NCBI GenBank assembly: GCA_010909165.1 | Contig: VJWM01000239.1 | Span: 186,001 to 250,000 of the forward strand | DNA length: 64,000 nt | Source: Anthoceros angustus | Taxonomy: Eukaryota > Plantae > Anthocerotophyta | Direction: 5' to 3' | In this document: positions 41,609 through 52,664 of the stretch, piece by piece | Layout of the letters: each line of letters opens with the position of its first letter | Position numbering within the stretch: position 1 is the first letter of the stretch | Program-made: the position numbers and the translations under genes | Notes under the pieces: generated by a model | What the model saw: only the letters and a program-made list of their open reading frames with translations | Databases searched by the model: none | Told to the model about the DNA's origin: nothing

Positions 41609-44600
41609 TCACTCTGCTATGCTAGGTGTGGTGCTTTCATCGCTGCCCACCACCACTGTTTCCTGGTTCAGGCTATGGTACCTCCACACTTCCCTTGCTA
41701 CAAAGTCGGCGTCCAGAAATTTGGCCACAAAATGCCACAATCTGTATACATCCTCGAAGTTGGTCAGGAAGCTCAGTCCCGCAGTCACCACCGGAATGCA
41801 CGGGGCATCCTCGCTACCATCCCTGGACTCCTCTGTGGAACCCTTTCGTCTCTTGGCCAAAAGCCCTGGAACCTCCCCACCGTTGGGTGCAACTGCGATG
41901 TTGTGTAGCACGCCCAGACCCAGCCCGATGTTGCTGCGGTCAGCTAACCTTTGTACAAGTCCTGCCTGGAGCAGCTTACCGGACCAGTCGAAGATATTGA
42001 ATGCGACCGACTGCCCCCTGTCGAACTTCACCTTGGGCCCATAGATGTGGACTAGTGGAACAACTGATCCTTCAGGACCAGGATGCCGCAACTGCAACAG
42101 AGAGTAAACTAGCCAGTTGGTGAGGAGCCGTAGTCTCAAGTTTGTTTTTGTTAGGCCTACGGAGTCTGCATGATCCAAACCACAGCAAAGAACCAAGGGT
42201 TCCCAATCATCATCCTCCCCCTCGTCCCCATGCTGATAACCGTATTCAAACTCCTCGTCGGTGAAAACGCTCCCTTCATCGTCGTAGTACTCTTGAGGCT
42301 CATCTCCTGACATGTGTCCCTTCTGGAAGTTCCTTTTAAGATACACATCCTCCGCAACCTCACAGGTCTCGATGTCGCTTACACCATCCAGCTCAAGCTC
42401 TCTGCTCAGTGCCCTAACCAATAGGTTATGGTTAGAGTCATCACCATCCCTCGGCCCATAGAGAACATAGTCCCTTTCTGTTTCCCTGGAAACTAAACCT
42501 CTGTTTTGTTCTGTCCCACTCGATTGAACCTGCGTCTTCAAGCCTTTGCCTGTTGAAGCTTCTTCCCTGTGGCTCTGTGACAGCTTTTCACCGCTTGTGG
42601 CTTCCGTGTTGGAATGATGGTCTTCCTCGGGTACTTGAGACGAGGTGTGGCAATTCGCATCCATCAGCACAGACAACCTGCTCATCAGTTCACCTGTACT
42701 TGCGTCAAGATCCGCCCGGTCATTGGCAGATGAGTGTACCCTATGTTGATTCATCACCATGGTGGGATCTGATGTTCTCACATCCCCTGTTTCGGGTTGA
42801 AACAAGGAAGCAGAGAATCTAAAACTCGCACTATCTCCCAGCGTGTTTCCCTCATGCCTGACAACCGCAGGCTCGGTTGTCTCCTTCACATCGCAGCTGA
42901 ACGACACCTCGTCTGGCTCCAGGACGTCCACACCGGCGTGACCCCTGATGCTTGGAGCACAACTCGATGGCTCCTGTTGGTTGGTCATCCCTAGCTGTGA
43001 CTCAACATTTTGGATTGCAAATGGCTGATCCGAGCCCTCCTCATGCGGCTGCTGCCCACCCTTTGCGTTCAATGAATGTAGAGTGCCAGATGGACCCACG
43101 TAGCTGGCCGAGTGCAGGCTTCCCGACGCCGGGTAAACTTTCCCTGAGTGAAAGATGCTACCAGAAGCGCAAACGCTTCCAGAACAACCAACCTCTGGGG
43201 AATACGGCCTTTGAGAACCATCCAGTTGCCCGCTTTCACAGATTCCAGAAGACTGCCCACTCACGCCTTTCTCAAGTAAGCTTTGCTGATACCAGGCGAA
43301 CTCTCCATCATCACCAGTGAAACGACTGCTGCCCTCCATAAACAAACTTCCAGATTCAGCAGTCGCGTAGAAACTCGCAACGGGGCCAGAGAATGCAGGC
43401 ACAGCATGAGGAGAGGGCAGAAAGTCGCTATCCCCCTCCTCCGAATTCATTCTGTCCCTGTGCGATTTCCGATACTTTCTTTCGGCATGACCCTCATCTG
43501 CTGGCACAGGGCTGCGCTGAAGGACAGTTGGAACAATCCTGACCATGCCCACACCTCTGGCTCGTGATGAATTGTGCAGGGCATGTATCGCGGAATTCTT
43601 TATGAAGAGACATCCGAAACCAGTGGGGTCAGCACCAAAAACTTTGTAGAAAGACGAAATGATGAAGTCGGGGCGAAACAAGGAAAGTCCCAAGGAGCCC
43701 ATGTCCTTGGGGCCGAGGGCAGTAGCATCAAGCAGCACATGCCACTTGTTGTTCTGAGCGTGAGACATCCATTGATAGGAATACTTGGCTCCCGTAATTC
43801 TTGATTGCACCGGGAAGACAAACAAACCCTTGGCAGCGTCTTTCTTCTTCCGACGTTCCTGGTGAATACAGACGTGAGTGTTGCCTCTAGGCTGATCATT
43901 GATGTCCCAGTCAAATCAGATGGAGAGGAAAAAGACTCTAATACCAACCTGAAAGACTTTGGTGCAATTGGAAAGTACAAAGCGGTACTGTACCTGCATT
44001 TGCTTCTTGAGGTCTCCGGAAGATATCCTGAGAGAGGGCCACTTGAACTGTGCAGTCATGATCTTGGCTCCTTGTCTTTTCGCTCCCTCCACCATCCATT
44101 TCACGCTCTCGCTCTCGTGGTCATATGCAGTCAACAACCGATCACTGACGTCGAAAGGATAGCTCTCTGCCAACAGCTTGAATGCAGTACCTCGGCTGGA
44201 AGTGAAAACCATGCTGTAATCTGCCTCGTTGATATTCAGGTAGTCCAGTATACGGTTCCTGATGTATCCCTCAACCGTGCCCTCATCAGCTGCCCCATAC
44301 AGCGCATGAGTGGGCAGATTTCCAGTCACGTAAGCCAAAGAGAAGGAAGAGCAAGCGGCATTGAGTTCCTGCTGCCTGTGCGAGAAGAGACCAAATCCAG
44401 AGTAGTCGAAACAGACGTGCCCCGAATCCTCCAAATGGTCATATTCCGCTCTCCGAATGTCGTCTGCCACCTTGGTATCCCTGAACTTAGGGTACATCCG
44501 CTGGAATCCAGCGAAGGAGACATTGCTGGGAGGGATACTCTCCGGATTGGAATAGTACTCGTGCCGCCCCTGCAGAGTTGCTCTCAGAAACTCCTTCCTG

Positions 44601-44941
44601 GCAGAAACCCGGGCCAGCGACGACGTGTGCGTCAGCTGCCTGGTCTGCGGCGGCCTGCTAGGCGGCGAGGCCGAGGCCTGCCCGCGATCCGGCACCTGGT
44701 CTGCACTTCGCCCCTGCCCCTGCCCCTGCCCCCGCCCCCGCCCGGCCTGGTTCTCACGAGACGCCGGTGGCGAGCCATGAGACGTGGTCCTGCGCAACGT
44801 CTCCTCAGGGGAAAGGGAGGGCGTGCGCTCCCTGCTCCCTCTGGGAGGCCTGTGCGGTAGAGGTTCCGATCTCCACTTGTGCTTCCCCGGCTCGTCACCA
44901 GGGGATCTAGAGTCCTTGTGTGCGCTGTCCTTGTATCCCAT
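41609..44941 (-). CDS. Molybdenum-cofactor-sulfurase-like PLP-dependent transferase (plant-specific family), 2 exons
   Basis: CFDYSGFGLFS, YSMVFTSSRGTAFKLLAESYPF; intron 43859-43993 joins KKQMQ|ERRKKKDAAKGLFVFPVQSR; PLP-lysine motif PDFIISSFYKVFG; C-terminal VVTAGLSFLTNFEDVYRLW. Confidence 0.88.
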
Positions 44942-47111
44942 AGCTCAACAACATATGCATCCACCAGTGCTCCTCAGCTGCCGGCTACCACACGCTGCGG
45001 CTGGGCCAGGCATTCTTGTCACAAATGCATCAACCCCGGGCCGGCCAATCCCTCCTCCTTCCGTCTTTCCACATCTTCCGTAGGCAAGAAACGTCCGGCC
45101 TTGATGCCGCTTGCCGCAATTGATCACTGACACTTCCTGCAACACCTCCACTGGTCTAGGATGAGCCACAATGTGCCCCGCCTTAGAGACTGATACCTGA
45201 CAACAGTACGTCCCTCCCAATACAGCATTCAAACAGTCACAGTTCCGGCCATCGGCAAGACAAAACAGTGCAGCTCCCTCACATTCCGAAAAATCCTAGT
45301 CACAATTCCACAATCCCAAGGCCCCCCCTTCCCACGCTCACACCACGCCGATGCACAAGAAAAGCGACACTCCTGACAAGCGCGCTCCTGACCCGGCCAG
45401 AAAGGTCCCGCAAGGCTTGGCAATGCGTCCAGCAGGGACAGGAAGAAGTCCGAATTTTCTCCTGACCGCACCCGCGCCGGAAAGCTGCGGTGCTCGTACT
45501 TATCTCGGCAGCCGAGGCCTGGTCCAAGTGTACGTGGATTCGAGGAGGCTTCTGGTGTCAGGCAGGATGGGAACGCAGCAGCACGGCCCTGCCGCGAGCG
45601 GTCCTGGCAGCCAGGAAGAGCCGGGCAGAATGAGGCGGATGCGGAGGCTCCTCCAAGGCGCGGGAGAAACGACAAGGGTCCTGGGCGGGGGGACGCTGGC
45701 CAGGGAGAGGATAGGCAGGGAAAGGTGCAAGGGAAAGGGAGATTTGCGAGACACATACAGTAGTTTAATCAGGCGCGGGCCGAGGCAGCTGCATCTGGCG
45801 CCTGGTCGGAACTCGGAAGCCGCGTTCCGGGCAACAGAGCGCGGCTTGCCAAGCAAGCGCGAGGCGATGGCGTGGGCGAGCTGGAGCTGGCGCTGGAGCT
45901 GGAGCCCGAGCTCGAAGAGCGCTGCCCCAAGACTGTGGCACACGGCACGGCACGGCACGGCACGGCACAGCACGGGACGGAGGGGATGGATTCGTGCGTG
46001 CCGTTCGGTTGCCGCCTTGCTTGGCCCTTGGCCGGCGCCGGGCGGCCGGCCCCGCTGCCTTGCCTTCATTATCATGCTCTGACACCACGTAGCGTTGCGC
46101 CAAGGCCAAGGGTGGGGCGGGCGGAGGGTCCGTGAGCGAAATATGATGTTAATTAATTACATACACGCTTCACGTACAGAATGGCTCCAGCAAAATCGAA
46201 ATGGAATGGAGTGCGGTTCTTGTTCCACTTCCGAATTCATCACGCTTAGTCTAATAATGTTTGCAGCGATCCGGAATCGTGGATCCTTCTTATCAATCCA
46301 TTAAAAAACCCAATCTTTAACAGGTGGGCATTACATACATACATACAAGACATTTATGCCGGTGCTAGTCAAAGTCAACTCGTGGGGTATGCAGCGGAGG
46401 AGAGAACTAACTGGTGGAGAAGAATCCGCAGGTGAGGGGCAGGGCAGGGAAGGAAAGGGAAGGGAAGTGAAGGGCAGGAAAGTGTGAAAAGAAGTGGGCA
46501 CCGGTGAGAGTACACTGTTCTGACACTGCAATACCGCATGTGTACAGACCAGTTGTGTTGGTTGTTGTTTGCCTGTGCGATGTCTCACCATCTCAAGATC
46601 ATCCCCTCCAAATCCCACTGCACGTACATAGAGTGTGGACACCAGAGCTGGAACACACTTTCTCCACTGCAGGTTCCTGTCAGCCCTGGCAGACGACTCG
46701 ACTGGCGATGAGCCAGAAGAGCAGAGTTGTTGAAGAGCCCTGCCTGCACAAGTGCCCATCATACGGGTGACAAAACACCAGGTAGACTACGTAGGTACGA
46801 CGATGTGTAGGCCAATCTCTTGAAAGACGGTTTTTCTCACTTGCATTGATGCTCCTCTCATGACCCCAACAAGTTATCATCACAAGGGATATGTACATAA
46901 CAGTGTTGTACGAGATGCATAGTTTCTACGAACATGTCGGAGGAACCATGGACCTCATGGTGAATATGGTTAGACCATGGCTGGGAGGCTGGGAAGAATG
47001 GAGGGATTACTGTGCCCATGGGGGTGCAGCGGGTGATGCCTCCCTGACAAAATTGAGCTCTTCCCAGCACACTGCTGCAAGACCCTAGAGGCTGTCCCTG
47101 TGTGACATAGG

Positions 47112-49418
47112 TCAATGCCGATCCCTGCATGAACATGACCCATCCACGAATTGATGAACTCGATGTGCGTCTCTCACAATGATCTCTCGCTTCTCGAGGC
47201 GTGACATTATCTTTGTGCTGCTGTGACAGTCATTGCACATGCGGAGGTTTTTAGTGACTAGCAAAGCTGTGCCGTCTGGTGTGTTCAGCAGACCATAAGC
47301 CAAGGCCAGTTTCTCTGCGTGTCCACACAAGGCATCCTCCTTCTCCTGCTCAGGCACTGCCTTTAACACCAGGACTGTCTGTGGTACATGGCCCCCTTCC
47401 TCCTTCAACCTCCTGTTCACGCTGCGCAGCTTTGAGGAGATATCAGACCTGTCTTCTCCAACTGTGAACTCATGCACCCTGTTCTCCACTTCGATGCATG
47501 CCTTAGCAGCTTTCTTCATAGCACCTGCAGACTTTCTCAGCTTTTCAATTCTTTCCACATCGTTCCATCTGCCCGCATTTGCATAAAGGTTCCCCAACAG
47601 CACATACGCACTTGCATCTTCAGGTGCCAATTCTACAAGATGGTCGAAGCACCGTTGACCGCAAGCTAGATCACCGTAACCTTTGCAGGCACTTAGCAAA
47701 GATGTCCAGGCCACTACATCATTCACACATGATGTGGTTCGCAGTAAATGTTCCGCCTCATGCAGCTGCCCAGAGCGGCTAAGAAGATCAACCATGCAAC
47801 TGTGGTGATAGTCAGAAGGCACAATTGCGTAGTCCTCCACCATCATCCTGAAATATTGCTGCCCCTCATTCACGAGGCCAGCGTGACTGCATGCCACCAT
47901 GAGACATGTAAAAGTCGTCGCATTTGGTTGAACACCTTGCTGCAGCATGTCTTCAAAACACTGGATTGCCATGGGACCATCGCTATGTTCAGCATGTCCG
48001 TTGAGGAGAGCATTCCATGTCACCACGTCTCTCCTGGGCAAAGTGTCAAAGACGTTGCGAGCAGTGTCTACCCTCCCACATCTAGCATACATACTCACCA
48101 GGCTGTTACCAATGATGCTATCAGTGTCCAGACCTCTAGCACGTATCTCTGTGTGAAGCTGCATTCCCTGCTGCAGCGCTCCCACAGTCGCACATGCCTG
48201 AAGGAGAGACACAAATGTGATGTTATCAGCCACAGTGATGCCGTCACGTTGCATACTTGCATACAGAGCCAGGGCTTCCCGCCCGAGCCCCTGCTGAGAG
48301 TACCCTGCGATCATGGCATTCCATGTCACAACATCTCTCCTGGGCAGGCCGTCAAACACTTTGCGAGCGTCATCCAAGCTGCCGCATTTAGCATACATAT
48401 TGACAAGGCTATTGCCAACGAAAATGTCGGCCTTGACAGCACTAGCCTGAATGTGGGCATGCACCTCCTTGCCCGCAACCAGGTCCTCTGCAGAAGCACA
48501 CGCCGACAAAGCTGCCACGAATATATGATTGTCCGGCTCAACTCCTGTCCCTGCTTCCCGCATCTCTCGGTAGAAGCTGATGGCCTTGCTGGGCTGCCCG
48601 TGCCTGGTATGCCCTGAGATGATGGAAGACCACATGTACACATCCGGCATAGCCACATCTCTGAAAGCCTGCACTGCATCCCGCAATTTGCCATGGGAGG
48701 CATACATCGCAATGAAGTGAGTTGCCAAAAATGCACTAGACCCCAAGCCCCTTTCGACAACAAGAGAATGAACTCGCCTGCCACAAGCAAGATCCTTCTG
48801 TGCCATGCACCTCTTGAGGAGACGATAGAACAGAGTGAGGCTGATGTGACATCCACACTGCACCAGGAGATCCAACGCTTCCACAGCCTCACGCAGCTCT
48901 GCCTCCTCGCACCGTCTCCTCAAGGTCTGGAGCACTGCATGTTCTCCTCCACCATCGTTCCAAGCCGGCTGGGGAGAGCTGCGCGGCCACAAACCCTGAA
49001 CTCCCGTGTCTTCTTCCACTTCCTCTTCCCCATGCCCTTTGCCCAGCTGCGAGTCCCACCTGGCTAGCTGCGTGTCCACCCAGGCGGGCTTGTGGTAATT
49101 GTCGAGCCATAGAGGCTCCCAAGAGGTTTTGTGCCTGAAGTCGGGATGCCGCGCGCTTTTCTTGTCCGCCCTATTGTCCCACCAATCCGAGGGAGTGGAG
49201 AAGAAGTGGCGCCACAACAGCTCCTGCCGCTCTCTCTGCGTCGTAATTTGTTGACTGGAAGAGACGGATGCACAAGAAACAAGGCGAAACTCGCAATTCC
49301 CCCCTGCCCTACGCCACCTCCATTCACCACAGAAGAGCTTAGGGTGACTGACCACATTCTGGAACTGCAGTAGATGCCATCCGGAAGCCGCGCCGCATGC
49401 ACTGGTGGTAGCAGCCAT
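47112..49418 (-). CDS. PLS-DYW PPR editing factor with variant (DYW:KP-like, DRH-ending) deaminase domain and N-terminal PDF motif, intronless
   Basis: 768-aa ORF. PDF motif at aa 68-119; PLS repeats; KKAAKACIEV box; HAEKLA..CNDC; terminal SCSCRDRH*. Confidence 0.93.
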   Translation of the reverse strand: MAATTSACGAASGWHLLQFQNVVSHPKLFCGEWRWRRAGGNCEFRLVSCASVSSSQQITTQRERQELLWRHFFSTPSDWWDNRADKKSARHPDFRHKTSWEPLWLDNYHKPAWVDTQLARWDSQLGKGHGEEEVEEDTGVQGLWPRSSPQPAWNDGGGEHAVLQTLRRRCEEAELREAVEALDLLVQCGCHISLTLFYRLLKRCMAQKDLACGRRVHSLVVERGLGSSAFLATHFIAMYASHGKLRDAVQAFRDVAMPDVYMWSSIISGHTRHGQPSKAISFYREMREAGTGVEPDNHIFVAALSACASAEDLVAGKEVHAHIQASAVKADIFVGNSLVNMYAKCGSLDDARKVFDGLPRRDVVTWNAMIAGYSQQGLGREALALYASMQRDGITVADNITFVSLLQACATVGALQQGMQLHTEIRARGLDTDSIIGNSLVSMYARCGRVDTARNVFDTLPRRDVVTWNALLNGHAEHSDGPMAIQCFEDMLQQGVQPNATTFTCLMVACSHAGLVNEGQQYFRMMVEDYAIVPSDYHHSCMVDLLSRSGQLHEAEHLLRTTSCVNDVVAWTSLLSACKGYGDLACGQRCFDHLVELAPEDASAYVLLGNLYANAGRWNDVERIEKLRKSAGAMKKAAKACIEVENRVHEFTVGEDRSDISSKLRSVNRRLKEEGGHVPQTVLVLKAVPEQEKEDALCGHAEKLALAYGLLNTPDGTALLVTKNLRMCNDCHSSTKIMSRLEKREIIVRDAHRVHQFVDGSCSCRDRH

Positions 49419-49907
49419 GACATCTCCACCGCAGTGCCTTGGTTTCCTAATCCATTGATTACACTGACAGCAGGAGCTCCGCGTGCTGTAGCCTCAAACA
49501 AGGATGAGTCTACAGCAAACCCGAGTCTCACCTGCAACAATATGTCACAAAAATCAGAGCAAGAAGATGCGAACCAAAGCCTTCTGCTGCTCACTCAGAA
49601 CATTGATCTCCTTCAGACCAAACAGTCAACCAAACCCACATCCACCAGCACAGAGCCCATCAATCTCAGCACATGCCTTGGATTTACGACGCCTTTGTTC
49701 CGCATCTTCAATGCAATAAGCCTTAGCTTCCATTTCTTCTCTGTTAGGTCTATCCGTTGTTTCACATGATAAGGAATCAGAAGTCGGAAACAGCTGAACC
49801 CGTTTTTTGCTTTCATAAAATCTCCCCAACTTTGTAGACCTTGCTTGGCCTCAACCCGATCGGATCCGATCTGAACTTCGAGAATTGATCCCCCTTCGCC
49901 AGCGATG

Positions 49908-49916
49908 AAACCCTAA
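49908..49916 (+). promoter_or_regulatory. Telo-box in the divergent PPR / LEA_3 promoter region
   Basis: Exact AAACCCTAA about 150 bp upstream of the LEA_3 ATG. Confidence 0.4.
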
Positions 49917-50065
49917 ACGAGACGGATTGTCGTGAAACGATAGCTGTGACAGGAAACGTCCATCCGTCTGCGCAGCAATTCATTCCGACAACAACGCCTG
50001 ATCTACGTATGAATTCGGGGGAGGGGGAGGCAGGCTGCTGAATCGTGATAGATCTGATACCAACC

Positions 50066-50942
50066 ATGGCTGCGCTTCGACGTTTTGTTGCATCTCAGCC
50101 ATGGCGGATGGTGCGTGTCGATGGCGCTCCCGTTGCTGCCATGCTCTCGCACACGTGCAGGGCATTGAGTGAGAGCGGCACCGAATTATTGAGTTGGTAA
50201 GCATCGCAAACGCAGCGTCCGGTTTACAGATCTGGTGCGCAGCGCAGGGGAAGCGTAACACTGCGGCTAGGTTTTGACCCGTCACTTCGCTTTGCAGTGG
50301 GAATCGAGGGATGAATAGTAGCTCCAGAGAGGGATCCGACAAGGCTGCTACAGATGCGCAAAGGGAGGACATACTGGAGACGGGGAAGAGGGCAAATCAG
50401 GATAGGGTTAAAGAATCTCCTGCGCCCAGTAAGCAGAAGTGGTGGAAACCAGATCCGGTAACTGGAGTGTGGGTTCCTGAAGACACACACGAGCCTATCG
50501 ATACAGCACAGGTTAGTCCCACTGTTGTTTCTCTTCGATGTTTTACCATTCCGTGCTGGATGTAGACGTTTGCTCGGCCGTCCTTGCTCGTCGTGCTTGC
50601 AATCTTTTGTTTAAACCTACCAACCAGGAGTTTTGCAGGATTCTTAACCTGGATTGCCCTTGCTCTTTAACTATCGTCACCTTGCTGGCAGAGGTCCTAT
50701 GAACCTAGAGCAGCATGATGAGTCTTCTGACCAAGTCTTGATCTGTGCACTAGGAAGCGTCTATCATGAAGCAAATTTTGATGTAATTTGCTCACAGCCA
50801 TTGAAAAGAAGACAGTGAAAAGCATGCTTAAGGTTACTACATCTTTGTATCTTGTTTGACTCATAATTGGTGTCCTTTTGCTCAGATGCTGGACAGTGTT
50901 AGGTCTAGAGCATGGCTAGGTACTATGGATAAGCATAGCTAA
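50066..50942 (+). CDS. LEA_3 (LEA5/SAG21-like) protein, probably organelle-targeted, 3 exons
   Basis: MAALRRFVASQPWRM.. presequence-like N-terminus; W-motif WWKPDPVTGVWVPED. The last exon (MLDSVRSRAWLGTMDKHS*, 50886-50942) is inferred and less certain. Confidence 0.65.
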
Positions 50943-52149
50943 GCATAGCTGATTGCCATTTTAAACTGCTGTGACATTTCACTTATTCTTATTGAAGTAC
51001 TCCATTGATTTGGAATCTTGTATGGTGCGAGAAGGATCTGCAACTGAAAAAGATCCAAGAACTGGCACGGAAAGACCTTGAAAGAGCTGACAAGGCAAAG
51101 AAAGATTCCAAGAAGAAGGGTGGCAAAAGGAGGTAGACTTGAAAGAGAGCAGTCGCAGTACCTACCTACCCTCCACCTTGTCAGAACACACGTCACAACG
51201 GTCCTTTGTTTAATCATAACGTCTGTACCGTCAGAATGTAGGCATATTCCAGCGGGGTCCGGTGCAGGCTCCAAAAAAGCTGAGAGCATCTTATCTGTGT
51301 TGTCTGTCCTTTTGGCGCAGGTTACTAATTCCCTGTGAATGTAACCGTGAGGGACTTGGATAAGCGGGATAATTGTCCTAATGTCTGTTTAGGATTGTTG
51401 ATGGTCCTGTGTGTTTTGGATCCTGTGCAGTTGAGGGAGGAGCGCCTAAGGTCTTCAGCAACTACTTCCCTTGAAGAATGTCGATGGTGGACGTCAATGG
51501 AAGAGTTACCAGATAGACTGGACTCGACTATCAAGGAGAAGGAGTGAATCAAGCCAATTAAGCACTTCTAATCCTGGGGACACGACGTGATGAAGGTAGA
51601 TTATTCTTCCGTGAAGACAGTGTTGTGGTTACATGCTGGCGAATAGCTGGCAATTAGAATGAGCCGGAAACTGTTAAAATTCTCACAACAGCTGGAGTGT
51701 TTGAGTCATGGCTTACTGGAGGATGATGCCATCTATGTATCAAGTCTACAACTGATCAGACGGGATGAATTTGTTCCTGCAAGTCTGCAACAGTTGTCCC
51801 CGTAAGCAACAAAGAGTTTCGACGGATCCTCAAGTCAGGTCCTGTGCTCAAAGACCTCGTGATCATCACTCGGGGACAGGAGAATTCGCCTCGCACGTAT
51901 GGATCATATTTGTTCAACAATTAATTATGATCGAAAATGTTAGAATTGAGAGATCTGATTTCAAATTCGCTCTCATCAATCACACAACGAATGGGGTCCT
52001 CCAACAGTCTCTTTTCACCAATAGCCCTCTCTCCTGTTGGGGATTTCTGTAGGATCTGGGAGTCATGTATCATTGCGCGTCAATTGTTCGTTGCGCGTTG
52101 TAATTTGTTCTTGATTTTAATCTCAGGAGCATGGTGTTTACATGGCCAA

Positions 52150-52620
52150 AGATATTGCCAGCACCATAGAAAGAGCTTGAAGACCTCAGCTGAGAAAATC
52201 AGACTGGGAATGTGCAAATTCTCGCTCTCTGACACTCAAGTGCTCTGAGGGATCATCTTAACGTGTAGTTCGGATTTCAAAGGACACGCTTACACGTTGT
52301 TCACTGTCAGTAGACGCTCAAAGACGTCGAACGGTAAGCATATGAGGAACGGTACCAGCACCAGTGGTAGTAAACGAAATCCAGTTGAAAACGATTCGAA
52401 GACCAACCCAAATCAACTCCCGGCGTCCAATTCTCCGGCTCATGGCCATCACGCGGCTTGAATCTGCCTCGGTTTGCAGGACTCCCAAATGATACCAATG
52501 GGTCTAGGTTTTGTTATAGCTTGAGCAGCAGGGGCCACGAGTATGAGGCTTCCACTGTGTTCTTTCATATCAAAAGTTTGGGTTACAGTATATCCGACAT
52601 CAAAAACTGTGACGAAGCCA
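52150..52620 (-). pseudogene. Decayed partial duplicate of the NAL1-like gene (exon plus intron)
   Basis: Aligns by eye to ~56850-57330. It translates as [25 protein letters not shown] vs TANRGRLKLRNGHGPENWTSGVDLG and shares the gtaccagcaccagtg exon/intron boundary. Confidence 0.8.
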
Positions 52621-52664
52621 GTCGGAATCTGCTCACGAGTCAGGATTCACAGATTAGCAGTACG

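Noticed and set aside
44710-44745. G-quadruplex-forming (GGGGCA/G)n tract in the MOCOS-like coding strand
   Set aside because: Explained by a Gly-Arg/Gln low-complexity linker; no independent evidence of function.
43805-44860. 351-aa plus-strand ORF (likewise 47748-48617 and many other listed ORFs)
   Set aside because: Antisense shadows of well-supported genes, with no recognisable motifs.
50996-51133. Possible coding exon KDLQLKKIQELARKDLERADKAKKDSKKKGGKR
   Set aside because: Protein-like, but I could not build a consistent gene model or recognise a family; needs RNA-seq.
52458-52664. In-frame N-terminal extension of the decarboxylase from the antisense NAL1 fragment
   Set aside because: The frame is open but has no ATG upstream of 52665; the ORF caller used a non-ATG start.
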